DNA of 64,000 bases from Bryobacterales bacterium (GCA_965208945.1 OZ242366.1:1762123-1826122), one strand, 5' to 3'; positions 31,213 through 41,214 are shown, counted from the first letter of the stretch. Made by a program: numbers and translations. Notes: generated from the letters alone by a model not told the origin.

Positions 31213-31246
31213 CATCAATAACTTGTACTTTGGCATCCTGATTGCA
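31213..31246 (+). promoter_or_regulatory. Sigma54 -24/-12 promoter with adjacent IHF-like site
   Basis: TGGCATCCTGATTGC at 31231-31245 (GG-N10-GC), and cATCAAtaacTTG at 31213-31225 (WATCAANNNNTTR with one mismatch). Confidence 0.7.
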
Positions 31247-31269
31247 AAAGTAAGGGCGGAGACAACGCC

Positions 31270-33909
31270 ATGAAACACACCAACCGAATCTTGCCGGTCA
31301 TCGCAGTGGCCTTGCTGCTCCCGACCTCCACCGGTTGGGCTCAGCAGAACGGGCCCGCCCTGGGTGTCGCCCGCGTCAGCCTTGCAAATGGTGATGTCAC
31401 CCTTCGCCGAGGAGAGTCAGGCGACTGGATGCAGGCGCAGGTCAATTCCCCGCTGGTCGAGGGCGACTCGATCGCCGCCGGAGCCGGCTCGCGAGCCGAG
31501 GTGCAGCTTGACTATTCGAACCTGCTGCGTCTGGGTCCTGACACCGAAGTCCATATGGCGAATCTGGAAAACCGCCGGTATCGCGTTCAAGTCGAGCGCG
31601 GCGTCGTCACCTACAGTGAACTGCGCGGCGGCGAAGCCGATGTCGATATCGAGACTCCACTGGTCGCGGTCCGTCCCGGCAAGAACGGGCGCTATCGGGT
31701 CGAGGCTCATGGCGACGGCGAAGTCTGGGTGATTGTCCGGAAGGGCGAAGCGGAAATAGCCTCTCCGGAGGGGGTGGAGGTACTCAAGAAAGGCAAGCGC
31801 ATGATTGTCCGCGCAGGCCAGGAAAAGGACGGGAGCGAGTTCATCATCACCAACGCCACTCCTCGTGATGAATGGGATGAGTGGAACGAGCGCCGCGACA
31901 AGAGCCTGCGGAAATCAGAGAGCTACCGCTACGTCAGCCGGAGCATCTACGGCGCGGAAGACCTCGACGATCATGGGCACTGGGTCTACGTTCCCCGCTA
32001 CGGGAATTGCTGGTTTCCATCAGTCAACATTGGCTGGGCTCCTTACCGCTACGGAGGGTGGCGTTACATCGACTACTACGGTTGGACCTGGGTCAGCCGC
32101 GAGCCTTGGGGCTGGGCTCCTTATCACTACGGCCGCTGGTTCCATCACGCGATCTACGGCTGGGGCTGGTACCCGGGCGCATACTACGGCCGTCATTACT
32201 GGCGGCCCGCGCTGGTTGCTTTCTTCGGCTTCGACTTTGGTATCGGGTTCGGCGTCGGAGGATATTATCCCTACCGTCACGTGGGCTGGGTTCCGCTGGC
32301 GCCGGGCGAGCGTTACTACCCCTGGTATGGGCGCGGATCCAGGCGCGTCGGCGGCGGACGCAACGCCGTGATCGTCAACAACAACATCAACATCCACAAC
32401 GGCTTCCGCAATGCGCGGGCCAACAACGGCGTTAACGTGGTGACCGCTGAGCGCTTCGCGCGAGGATTGGCGAGTCAACCGCGTAGCCTTCGTGCAAGCG
32501 AATTACGCCGTGCGACAGTCATGCGCGGTCAAATCCCGGTAGTGCCCGAAGCTCAGAGCCGTGGCAATGTCGTCAGGCGGGCGACACTGAGACCCGCTTC
32601 CGGGCAGAGCGGAAGCAGACAATTCTTCAGCACCGACCGGCGTCAGCGCCCCGTGCAGAGAATCAGTTTCCAGCAGCAACGCGAGCAGGTGACCCGCACG
32701 ATCCGTGTGTTCGCCGAAGCGAACGGACGGCGCCAGGCGGCTTCCGGCAGTTCGTCCGGGACCGTCGGCCGTGTGGCTCAATCCAGAACGGGCTCCGCCG
32801 GCGGAGGGGATGGGAGGACTTCATCCGCGGGAGGTGTCCGCTCGGCGGCGCTCGGGGCGATCCGCGGCCAACGGAATCGGGCCTCGCAGTCCGATATTCC
32901 GTCTCAGACCGGTTCATCCACATCCGTCCGAAGCTCAACGACCGATACGCGCCGTTCGAGAGGAACCGCAGCCTTCCCGAGCGCCACGGCGCGATCTCGA
33001 GGCGGGAACGCAACTGCCATCGTAGACGCACCGGGCGCTGCGGGCGGTGTCCGATCCGGCGCAACGACGCAATCCGGTTCGGGCAGCACTTCCCGTCCGG
33101 CGTGGCGCCGATTCGGTGAAACGCCCCGCCGCTCGCGAGACGGTTTCCACACGACGGGAGCGTCGCGACCCACCACCTCGACCAACTCCGGAGAGCCGAC
33201 AAGCCGCTCGCGGTGGCGGACGTTCTCGAGGAGCCGCACAGGCGGCAGCGGCGGAGCAACGGTGCGCTCGACGCCCAACAGCCCGAAGCCTGGCGACCGA
33301 ACATTACGGACCACTCGGCCCCAAGGGGTGGATCGATCCTCGGGCCGGCCTTCGATAGCGCCTCGGACCAACTCGCGGATCCCTTCCAGTGCCGCCCGTA
33401 CGAACTCCTCTTCTTCTCGTACAAGAGTGACCCGCAGCAACTCGGGCACGTTCGCTCCGCGCATTGGATCGCGGGTGAATGGCAGTTCCCGGAGCAGCTC
33501 GTCGAGTGTCCGACGCAGTTCCGGCAGCCGCTCCACTCCGCCGCGCGTCGATTCATCGCGGTCGTCTTCGGGCAACTCCGGTAGATTCCCATCACGGTCA
33601 CGCTCGCGCGTACCGTCTTCGAGCTGGGGCGGGTACTCGAGTTCCCGGTCGACCGCACCCTCGATGCCCAGCCGCGGCTCTTCGATGGGCCGCTCGCCGG
33701 CTCCTCCTCGCGCGCCGTCGGTTTCACGCTCGCCGAGCCGATCTGGAGGCTCCTACGGCCACAGTAGAAGCTCAGCGCCGAGCAGCATGGGCCGCTCGTC
33801 GAGTCGAGGATCGATGGGAAGCTCATCCGGCAGCGTACGCTCGGGCGGTGTCCGTAGTTCAAGTTCGTCCAGCAGCACCGGCAGCCGCAGCCGCAGCCGC
33901 GACCGCTGA
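31270..33909 (+). CDS. FecR-domain/DUF6600-like exported protein with long Ser/Arg/Gly low-complexity tail
   Basis: Signal peptide; FecR-like NSPLVEGD...RAEVQL; W/Y/G-rich GWAPYHYGRW region; about 400 aa S/R/G-rich C-terminus. Confidence 0.85.
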   Translation: MKHTNRILPVIAVALLLPTSTGWAQQNGPALGVARVSLANGDVTLRRGESGDWMQAQVNSPLVEGDSIAAGAGSRAEVQLDYSNLLRLGPDTEVHMANLENRRYRVQVERGVVTYSELRGGEADVDIETPLVAVRPGKNGRYRVEAHGDGEVWVIVRKGEAEIASPEGVEVLKKGKRMIVRAGQEKDGSEFIITNATPRDEWDEWNERRDKSLRKSESYRYVSRSIYGAEDLDDHGHWVYVPRYGNCWFPSVNIGWAPYRYGGWRYIDYYGWTWVSREPWGWAPYHYGRWFHHAIYGWGWYPGAYYGRHYWRPALVAFFGFDFGIGFGVGGYYPYRHVGWVPLAPGERYYPWYGRGSRRVGGGRNAVIVNNNINIHNGFRNARANNGVNVVTAERFARGLASQPRSLRASELRRATVMRGQIPVVPEAQSRGNVVRRATLRPASGQSGSRQFFSTDRRQRPVQRISFQQQREQVTRTIRVFAEANGRRQAASGSSSGTVGRVAQSRTGSAGGGDGRTSSAGGVRSAALGAIRGQRNRASQSDIPSQTGSSTSVRSSTTDTRRSRGTAAFPSATARSRGGNATAIVDAPGAAGGVRSGATTQSGSGSTSRPAWRRFGETPRRSRDGFHTTGASRPTTSTNSGEPTSRSRWRTFSRSRTGGSGGATVRSTPNSPKPGDRTLRTTRPQGVDRSSGRPSIAPRTNSRIPSSAARTNSSSSRTRVTRSNSGTFAPRIGSRVNGSSRSSSSSVRRSSGSRSTPPRVDSSRSSSGNSGRFPSRSRSRVPSSSWGGYSSSRSTAPSMPSRGSSMGRSPAPPRAPSVSRSPSRSGGSYGHSRSSAPSSMGRSSSRGSMGSSSGSVRSGGVRSSSSSSSTGSRSRSRDR

Positions 33910-34045
33910 CCGTAGCCTGTTTCCCCCAGCAACACCTTGGCGCCCTTCAGAAAGCGGGCCGCTCACCCCCGCCCGCTCTCTTCTCAAGTGGCAGATAGAG
34001 TTCCGGTCGACGGAATTCGACTCACGCTACCATGGAAGGGCTCCC

Positions 34046-34834
34046 ATGAGATTCCGCCGACAGCCGGTGTCCCTGCAAGTCCAACTAGCCCGCAAGTGGA
34101 TCAATGCAGCGTCGAGGATCGTGGGCTTCACGGGCGCGGGCATCTCGACCGAGTCGGGCGTGTCTGACTTTCGAAGCCCGAATGGTGTGTGGGCCCGTAA
34201 TCGAACGGTCTATTACCAGGAATTCACCAGCAACGAGGAAGATCGCATCGAAGCCTGGCGTCAGAAAGTGGAAAGCTGGCCCGAGATGCGTGACGCAAAG
34301 CCGAACTCGGGCCATATGGCGTTGGTCGAGCTGTACCGCGCCGGGAAGCTCAGCGCCATGATCACGCAGAATATCGAGCGCTTGCATCAGAGGTCCGGGA
34401 TCCCGAGCGAGATCGTCTTCGAGCTTCACGGCACAACGACCGAGGCCATGTGTCTTAGCTGCCGCGACCGCATCGACATGGAAGAAGCTGTAGCTCGTGT
34501 CGAGGGCGGGGAGAAAGCTCCCTTATGCCGAAAATGCGGCGGTCTCCTCAAACCCGCCACGGTCTCCTTCGGACAGCCTATGCCAGTTCAAGTTGTGCTT
34601 GCGGCGCAGCAGGCCGCGGAGTCCTGTGACTTGTTCTTGGCCGTGGGGTCTTCTCTGGTCGTGCTGCCTGCGGCGAGCTTGCCCGTCATTGCCAAGAATG
34701 CGGGCGCGAAGCTCATCATTGTCAACCGTGAAGAGACCCCGGTGGACTCGGCGGCCGATCTCGTGCTGCACGGCGAGATCGGCGACATTCTGCCCGTCAT
34801 GGTGGGCATGGCAAGCGCTGGCGAAACCGCCTGA
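34046..34834 (+). CDS. cobB: SIR2-family NAD-dependent protein deacylase
   Basis: GAGISTESGVSDFR, TQNI, catalytic HG, two CxxC pairs, GSSLVV. Confidence 0.9.
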   Translation: MRFRRQPVSLQVQLARKWINAASRIVGFTGAGISTESGVSDFRSPNGVWARNRTVYYQEFTSNEEDRIEAWRQKVESWPEMRDAKPNSGHMALVELYRAGKLSAMITQNIERLHQRSGIPSEIVFELHGTTTEAMCLSCRDRIDMEEAVARVEGGEKAPLCRKCGGLLKPATVSFGQPMPVQVVLAAQQAAESCDLFLAVGSSLVVLPAASLPVIAKNAGAKLIIVNREETPVDSAADLVLHGEIGDILPVMVGMASAGETA

Positions 34835-34919
34835 CGGCTCTATCGGAGGCGAGCAGCGACTTCCACCGGGACAACGCGACACTTACTACAAGCATAGTTT
34901 ATAGCGGGCGGGCGATGTC

Positions 34920-34948
34920 TTGCGGGCCTTCTCAGCGCCGCCTATACT
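34920..34948 (+). promoter_or_regulatory. Sigma70-type promoter of tRNA-Gln
   Basis: TTGCGG-N17-TATACT. Confidence 0.65.
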
Positions 34949-34970
34949 GAGGAACAACCTGCCTATCTGC

Positions 34971-35044
34971 TGGGAGGTAGTGTAACGGTAACACGACAGA
35001 CTCTGGATCTGTTTATCGGGGTTCGAATCCCTGCCTCCCAGCCA
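34971..35044 (+). tRNA. tRNA-Gln(CTG)
   Basis: TGGGAGG/CCTCCCA acceptor stem, ACAGA-CTCTGGA-TCTGT anticodon arm, GTTCGAATC T loop, CCA end. Confidence 0.96.
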
Positions 35045-35160
35045 CGTTCTCCGCAACGATTCATTTCGTCTGCCTGGGCACGTCGATGATGTTTTCGGGA
35101 CAACGGATGCCGCCGGTTCTTCTCTAACGTCCTATCGACCAACACCATCATCAGAGCCGA

Positions 35161-35395
35161 CTAGCCATGGCGCACACCCACCGATTGCGCCGAACGGACG
35201 AATGGGGCTTCCAACGTACATGAAAAGCAACTAAACGTCCGAAGCACGCGAAAAAGCCCGTCATGACTTCGTTGCGCTTGCTTGCCGTGCTTGATAGAGC
35301 GGCAAGAACATCTCAGCACGCCAAGCGGCCGAGTCCTCGTCCCGACAGCCCTCTCACGCACTTCACCTCGCCGCGTGCTGAGAAATGCAGGCTAG
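35161..35395 (+). mobile_element. MITE-like family A copy (left end degenerate)
   Basis: GAAGCACGCG...CATGACTTCGTTGCGCTTGCTTGCCGTGCT...CCCTCTCACGCACTTC...GAGAAATGCAGGCTAG. Confidence 0.75.
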
Positions 35396-35396
35396 A

Positions 35397-36350
35397 ATGA
35401 GTTGGCTTTCGACGGTGAATCTTACAGATCGATATCGGGGCGCACTTGTCGGCTTGGCTGCCGGATCTGCTCTCGGTGCGGCTTACCGGTCCCGCGCTCC
35501 CGGCAGTCCGGAGCCCTCGGAGGAGCCGAATGCTCTCGAACCCGGCCATTGGACCGGCACCGCGTCAATGGCTGTTTGCGTGGCCGGCAGTCTGCTGGAA
35601 CGCCGAGGATTCGATCCGCGCGACCAAATGGATCGATATCTGCAATGGTGGCGGCAGAGCCGGGCGGGCAGCAACGGCAGTGCCCCGGAACCGGAGCCGG
35701 GTTTGTGGGGGGCGCTCAGCCGCTACGAATCGACCGGAGACCCTTTTGCGGGGTCGGATGAGCCTTCGAAGTCGGGAAGCAGTTCGCTGGCGCGGCTGGC
35801 TCCGATACCGATGTATCTGATTCACGACGGCGCCCGGGCAAAGGAGATTGCGGCCCAGATGTCGCGCACCACGGATGCGACGGTCGATGCGGTGGATGCT
35901 TGCCGGTACATGACGGGACTCATCGTCGGCGCACTCCGCAACGAGTCGAAGGAGGCCCTGCTATCTGATCTCTATTCGCCTGTCTACAACTATTGGCTTT
36001 TCCAGCATGTTGCATTGAGCCCGGCCATCGATTGCATTGCGCGCGGCATTTACAAGCAGAAACAGGCCTCTGAACTTGCCGCCTCCGGAAGTGCGGCGGA
36101 TACCCTCGAAGCAGCGCTCTGGGCCTTTCACAGGACGAGCGATTTCGCCGCAGGCGCTTTGCTAGCCGTACGACTGGCGCACAATGCCGAGACCACGGCG
36201 GCTGTGTATGGGCAGTTGGCGGGGGCCTACTACGGCTACTCGAATTTCCCGGGCCATTGGCGCGAGAAGGTGGCGGGGCGCACCGAGATCGAAGACTTGG
36301 CGATTGCTTTGATGCACGAGACGAAGCAAGGCATCCGACACTTCACCTGA
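35397..36350 (+). CDS. ADP-ribosylglycohydrolase-fold protein with substituted catalytic residues
   Basis: Scaffold DRYRGALVGLAAG..LG, RLAP, LEAALWAF and AVYGQLAGAYYG is present; the acidic metal ligands are absent. Confidence 0.88.
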   Translation: MSWLSTVNLTDRYRGALVGLAAGSALGAAYRSRAPGSPEPSEEPNALEPGHWTGTASMAVCVAGSLLERRGFDPRDQMDRYLQWWRQSRAGSNGSAPEPEPGLWGALSRYESTGDPFAGSDEPSKSGSSSLARLAPIPMYLIHDGARAKEIAAQMSRTTDATVDAVDACRYMTGLIVGALRNESKEALLSDLYSPVYNYWLFQHVALSPAIDCIARGIYKQKQASELAASGSAADTLEAALWAFHRTSDFAAGALLAVRLAHNAETTAAVYGQLAGAYYGYSNFPGHWREKVAGRTEIEDLAIALMHETKQGIRHFT

Positions 36351-36351
36351 C

Positions 36352-36981
36352 ATGCCCGGGAACACCAGCAGTGACGTCGAGCGGGCAGCGCGAGCGGCTG
36401 AGCGTCCGCAGCTCAGCCAGGTTCTCACCGTACCGAACCAACTTACGCTGTTGCGGATGGTCGTGTTGCCGTTCGTCTTGATCTCGATGATCTACGGACA
36501 ACACACGGCGAGTCTTTGGCTGTTTGTCGCCGCTGCGGTGACTGACGTCATCGATGGCGTCGTGGCGCGCCGATTCAACCAGAAAACGCGGCTCGGCCAA
36601 TACCTGGATCCTATTGCGGACAAGCTTTTGCTGAGCTCCTGCTTCGTTGCACAGTCCGTGAACGGCGCGATTCCGTGGTGGGTGACCATCCTCGTCCTGC
36701 TGCGCGATGTGATGATCATCGCCATTGTTCTTGTTGTCGTGCTGACGACGTCCGTACGCAGCTTTCCGCCCAGTCTGCTAGGCAAGGCGAATACCATCGT
36801 TCAGTTCAGTACGTTGCTTACGGTCCTGCTGAATAATGTGATCCAGGCAGGCTGGCTGCAAGGAGTGATCACGGCGCTCGTCGCGATGACCGCCGTCACG
36901 ACGGTTTTCAGCGCAGTGCACTACGCGCTGGAGGTCTCGCGGCGATTGTACGCGCACCCCAGCGTCGGCGAAGGGGACTAG
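36352..36981 (+). CDS. CDP-alcohol phosphatidyltransferase (PgsA/Cls-like)
   Basis: PNQLTLLR and TDVIDGVVARR...GQYLDPIADK signature. Confidence 0.92.
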   Translation: MPGNTSSDVERAARAAERPQLSQVLTVPNQLTLLRMVVLPFVLISMIYGQHTASLWLFVAAAVTDVIDGVVARRFNQKTRLGQYLDPIADKLLLSSCFVAQSVNGAIPWWVTILVLLRDVMIIAIVLVVVLTTSVRSFPPSLLGKANTIVQFSTLLTVLLNNVIQAGWLQGVITALVAMTAVTTVFSAVHYALEVSRRLYAHPSVGEGD

Positions 36982-37113
36982 AAGCGAACGGGCAGCGCGG
37001 AGGCCACGACGCATGTCATTTCAGTCGATACCCCGACCGAAGAACTGTCTGAGAGCGCCGTCCACAGCAGCAATCTGCTCTCGCTGGGATTCGATGCGGC
37101 GTAGGGTGCGCTG

Positions 37114-37326
37114 CCAGCCTGCATTTCTCACCACCCAACGGTCGCAGCACGCGAAAGAGGCCGTGATTCGCGAAAACCATTGGTGATGGCCTGGTTCGCT
37201 CCAGGAAGAAATGTCTTACGGCCGGTGAACCGTAAAGGCCGTGTTGCTGGCGCGGGCGGCTCGTGTCTCGTCGTGACGGCCCTCTCACGCACTTCACCTC
37301 GCCAGGTGGTGAGAAATGCAGGCTAA
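37114..37326 (+). mobile_element. MITE-like family A copy
   Basis: Terminal inverted repeats AGCCTGCATTTCTCACCAC / GTGGTGAGAAATGCAGGCT. Overlaps the stop of the NHL gene. Confidence 0.85.
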
Positions 37327-38312
37327 CTCGATTTCCTAACGAACTTCTGCACGCTGGGGCAGTCCTTAGGGATGAGACCCTTGCGGCCGCCCGCCGACCA
37401 CGTGACTTCGCCCACATAGATGTCACCGAAGCGATCGACCCAGATGTCGTGCGGCGCGTAGAATGCACCGGGTTCACAGGGGTCCTCGCCGCCGCCCCAA
37501 CGATCGAGGACATTGCCGTCGAGGTCAAGCACGCTGACATATGCTCCGACGGGGTCGAGCGGTTCGACGCCGGGAAACAACCCCACCCTCCAGCCGATCT
37601 CGGCCACGTAGATGCGGTCGTCCGGATCGATGAACACCTGGGCCGGGCGGCTCACTTGCGTCCACTCGGCGATGAAAGCCCCTTCGGGCTCAAAGAGTTG
37701 CAACCGGTCGTTCTCTCGATCTGCGACGTAGACGACTCCGCGGCTGTCGATCGCGATACCGTGGGGCAGGTTGAACTGACCGGGGGCGTCACCGGGCTCG
37801 CCCCAGGAGGAAATCAACTCCTGCTGTGCCGAGAACTTGTGCACTCGGGCATTGCCATAGCCGTCGGTGACGTACATCTCACCCGCCGGAGTGAGAGCGA
37901 TGTTGGTCGGCTGATTGAACGGCCCGGCGGCGCGCTTGATCGTACGGTAGTCGCTATTTTCGACGCCGGTGTCGGACGGCTTGCCGCTTTCTCCGAGGGT
38001 CGCCAGCCGCTTGCCGTCGGTCGTGTACTTGTGGACGGTGTGATCCAAGTCGTCCGTCAGATAAATGGTATCGTCCGGTCCGATGTGGATGCCGTGAGCA
38101 CGTTGGAACTCACCTTCGCCCCAGGAGGTGACAAAGCTGCCGTCACGCTCGAAAACGATCACCGGATGCTCGCCGCGATTAAAGACATAGATCCGGTCGT
38201 TGGAGTCGGTCGCGACCCCCGCCGTTTCGACGAGGTCCCAACCTTCGGGAATCGCCGGCCAACGGGGGTCGACTTCGTAGTTGGGGGAAACCATTGCGCC
38301 TTGTGGTTTCAT
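37323..38312 (-). CDS. NHL-repeat protein (peptidyl-alpha-hydroxyglycine lyase-like)
   Basis: Repeats AHGIHI, PTNIAL, DGYGNARVH, PHGIAID, PHDIWVD. Confidence 0.88.
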   Translation of the reverse strand: MKPQGAMVSPNYEVDPRWPAIPEGWDLVETAGVATDSNDRIYVFNRGEHPVIVFERDGSFVTSWGEGEFQRAHGIHIGPDDTIYLTDDLDHTVHKYTTDGKRLATLGESGKPSDTGVENSDYRTIKRAAGPFNQPTNIALTPAGEMYVTDGYGNARVHKFSAQQELISSWGEPGDAPGQFNLPHGIAIDSRGVVYVADRENDRLQLFEPEGAFIAEWTQVSRPAQVFIDPDDRIYVAEIGWRVGLFPGVEPLDPVGAYVSVLDLDGNVLDRWGGGEDPCEPGAFYAPHDIWVDRFGDIYVGEVTWSAGGRKGLIPKDCPSVQKFVRKSS

Positions 38313-38394
38313 TCGAATCCTTTCATTGAGCCGGGCTCATCGGCTGACGGCTCGGCCGGCCGCTGTGTATGTGAATCTCGCCGGATCGGGTCTC

Positions 38395-38601
38395 GACATT
38401 CGTGCGATTGAACGCCGAGGAGGTCTCGTCTTCACTCTGGAAGCGGCCTTGATGTCCGGGCCGCCGACTGGATTGGTGGTGAGGGACTTCAGCGCGGCGG
38501 GCCGCTTGCGGTCGTTGTCCTCGGCTCTTGTGGACGAAACTCATCCCGCGCTCACCGGGTTTTTGAAGGATCTTGCAACGGGATATGGTTTGACCGAGCA
38601 T
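38395..38601 (-). pseudogene. Degenerate, frameshifted Ser/Thr protein kinase N-terminal remnant
   Basis: MLGQTISRCKILQKPGERGMSFVHK, frameshift, AEDNDRKRPAALKSL, frameshift, RFQSEDETSSAFNRTNV. This follows kinase subdomains I-IV. Confidence 0.7.
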
Positions 38602-38730
38602 GAGCACGCGAAGAGAGACTTCGGACAATTGTACTCGACCGTTTCCGTCAGCATCATGGGCAGATCATTCACGGCCTGAGGGCGCGGCTGCCTCAGGAGG
38701 GGTATCGTAGATCTTGGGGGATTCGGTGAC

Positions 38731-39699
38731 GTGATCAACTCTGCTTACCTGGCTTTCGAGACCGGCGGCACAAAGCTCGTTGCGGGAGTGGCGGGACCGG
38801 ACAGTCGCCTGATCGAGACCCGGACTCTGTATCGAGCACCGAACGACACCGCAGCCGAGAGCTTTCGTTCACTGGTCGAGATGGGCCGCACGCTCAATGC
38901 CTTCCACACTGCGAAAGGACTCGTGTTCCGCGGATGTGGACTCGGGTTTGGCGGCTATGTGCGGCGATCGGATCAGCGGCCGTTGGCGAATCTGCATGAG
39001 CCGGGCTGGGAAGAGATTGATGTTGCAGGAATCCTCGAGAAGGAATTCAGAACCCCGGTTCGTGTCGAGAATGACTGTAAAGTCGCTGCACTGGCTGAGG
39101 CCCATTGCGGTGCCGGCCGCGGGTATCGGACCGTCTTCTATATGACGATCGGGACGGGCGTGGGCGGAGGTATTGTCCGCGACGGGCGAATCGTCGAGAT
39201 GAGCGATGTGGGCGAGGCTGAGATTGGCCACCTCGTGGTGCTGCCGGATGGGCCGGTTTGCGCGTGCGGTAATCGGGGTTGTGTGGAGGCCGTGTGCTCC
39301 GGGCCGGGTCTTTCGCAGTTGGCGGAGTGGATGGCGGATCGCGAGCCGCAGCTATTTAAGGCAAGCGAGTTGCACTTCGTGGAAGGGGGTTCGATTGGCG
39401 GCAAGGATCTGATGAGGGCGTCTTCGCAAGGGGATGCATTCGCAACGAAGGTGATCGAAAGGGCAGCCTCATGCCTGGCGTCGGCGGTCGCCGCGGCGAT
39501 CAGCCTGGTGGCCCCGGAGGTGTTCGTCGTAGGCGGGGGCGTGGGGTCGGGCAACCCGGCGTTCGTGAACCTGCTGCGAGAGAAGACCGAGCCCCTGGTC
39601 GCATCCTGCTTTCGCGGACAATACAGTATCGTCTCGTCACAGTTGGGCGAGCAGGTCGTGACTCAAGGAGCGGCGATTCTGGCCGCTCAGGCGAAATAA
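38731..39699 (+). CDS. ROK family sugar kinase
   Basis: ETGGTK, ENDCKVAALAE, GTGVGGG, EIGH...CACGNRGCVE. Confidence 0.92.
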   Translation: MINSAYLAFETGGTKLVAGVAGPDSRLIETRTLYRAPNDTAAESFRSLVEMGRTLNAFHTAKGLVFRGCGLGFGGYVRRSDQRPLANLHEPGWEEIDVAGILEKEFRTPVRVENDCKVAALAEAHCGAGRGYRTVFYMTIGTGVGGGIVRDGRIVEMSDVGEAEIGHLVVLPDGPVCACGNRGCVEAVCSGPGLSQLAEWMADREPQLFKASELHFVEGGSIGGKDLMRASSQGDAFATKVIERAASCLASAVAAAISLVAPEVFVVGGGVGSGNPAFVNLLREKTEPLVASCFRGQYSIVSSQLGEQVVTQGAAILAAQAK

Positions 39700-39812
39700 A
39701 TCTCCCGCGGCACGGAGGCTGTGAGCCGCCTCATACTGCATCTGACATGTTTTTCGCGGTTTGTGTTACGTTTTCGGGGAGGCGTTCTCGGTCCCTTTGA
39801 TGGAGATATGTC

Positions 39813-41177
39813 ATGACCGAGATCACAAATGAGCGATCAACCTTTTTTCAGAACCTGCGCCGCAACACCCTTGTCCAAGGGATTGCGATTGGAACACTGG
39901 CGCTGATCCTTCAAATCCCTGTTCTTTTTATCCGAGGTATCGTCTGGGATCGTAAAGATACGCGCCAAGAGGCGATCGAAGAAATCACGGGCAAATGGGG
40001 CAAACAGCAGGAGGTCTTCGGACCGTTCCTGGTCGTGCCCTACCGCGAGCGGCGAACCGTTCAGACCGCAGAAGGCCAGCCGTCAAAGATCGAGGTGTAC
40101 GAGGAGCACGCCACGTTCTTGCCGCGCGACCTTCGCGTCGATGGATCTCTCGAGACGGAAGTTCGCTATCGAGGCATCTTCGAGGCGCCTGTTTATCGAT
40201 CCCATCTGAGCTTTGAGGGTTCTTTTGACCGACCGGACTTCAGCGGCTGGTCGATTTCGCCGGCCGACATTCTCTGGGACCGCGCGGAGCTGATCATGGA
40301 AGTGGCGGATCCACGGGCGATCAAAGACGCAGTGCAAGTGGACTGGTCAGGTGAGGAGATCGAGTTCGTACCGGGCGCCGGACTGCGCCCAACAGACCGC
40401 TCCGGAATCCACGCACCTCTGGGCAAGCGGCTCGATAGTGAAACGTTCTCGTTCTCGTATGCGTTCGATCTGAACGGAAGCGTGGGGTTGAGCTTTGCTC
40501 CGCTTGGGAGCAACACGGAAGTGAACCTTCGTGGCGACTGGGCAGACCCGAGTTTCCAAGGCAACTGGCTCCCTGGCTCGCGTCAGGTCAGCGAAGAAGG
40601 ATTCGCCGCGAGTTGGAATATTCCGTATCTGGGCCGGGGCTATCCGCAACGCTGGCGCGGAGTCGATCAGGACGAGGAGATTGCAGCCTCACAGTTCGGC
40701 GTCGATCTGTTGTCGCCCGTGGACGTTCGCCGCCAAACGGAGCGCAGCTTGAAGTATCAGATGCTGTTCCTGGGGCTGACGTTTCTCACGGTTTGGCTGT
40801 TCGAGATTCTCACGGGCATGCGTTTGCACCTGATTCAATACGGCCTTATCGGGGCGGCTCTTTGTTTGTTCTATCTGCTGGAGCTCTCGCTCGGCGAGCA
40901 TCTCGGCTTCGCGGGGGCCTACGTCATCGCGGCAGCGGCAGTGATCATGCTGGTGACGGCCTATGCCTGGGCGGCGATGGGGTCGGCGCAGAGAGGCATG
41001 GTCGTTGGGGGAGTGGTCATGGGCCTGTACGGCTTCCTCTACGTGTTGCTCATGCTGGAGGAATACTCCTTACTCGTCGGCTCTGTGGGTCTGTTTCTGA
41101 TTCTCGCCGCGATCATGTATGTGACGCGCCACGTGGATTGGGATGCACCTGTGGGCGGAGCGACTGCGAAGAAGTAG
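39813..41177 (+). CDS. creD: Cell envelope integrity inner membrane protein CreD
   Basis: RYRGIFEAPVY, WADPSFQGNWLP, ERSLKY, HLIQYGLIG, C-terminal TM block. Confidence 0.92.
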   Translation: MTEITNERSTFFQNLRRNTLVQGIAIGTLALILQIPVLFIRGIVWDRKDTRQEAIEEITGKWGKQQEVFGPFLVVPYRERRTVQTAEGQPSKIEVYEEHATFLPRDLRVDGSLETEVRYRGIFEAPVYRSHLSFEGSFDRPDFSGWSISPADILWDRAELIMEVADPRAIKDAVQVDWSGEEIEFVPGAGLRPTDRSGIHAPLGKRLDSETFSFSYAFDLNGSVGLSFAPLGSNTEVNLRGDWADPSFQGNWLPGSRQVSEEGFAASWNIPYLGRGYPQRWRGVDQDEEIAASQFGVDLLSPVDVRRQTERSLKYQMLFLGLTFLTVWLFEILTGMRLHLIQYGLIGAALCLFYLLELSLGEHLGFAGAYVIAAAAVIMLVTAYAWAAMGSAQRGMVVGGVVMGLYGFLYVLLMLEEYSLLVGSVGLFLILAAIMYVTRHVDWDAPVGGATAKK

Positions 41178-41214
41178 CCGCTTGCCTCATCGGCTGCTCC
41201 GAGTCCCGTGCGGG

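Noticed and set aside
33479-34045. 451-aa sirtuin with a long N-terminal extension
   Set aside because: The extension is an alternative frame over the low-complexity tail of the upstream gene. Sirtuin motifs begin after 34046.
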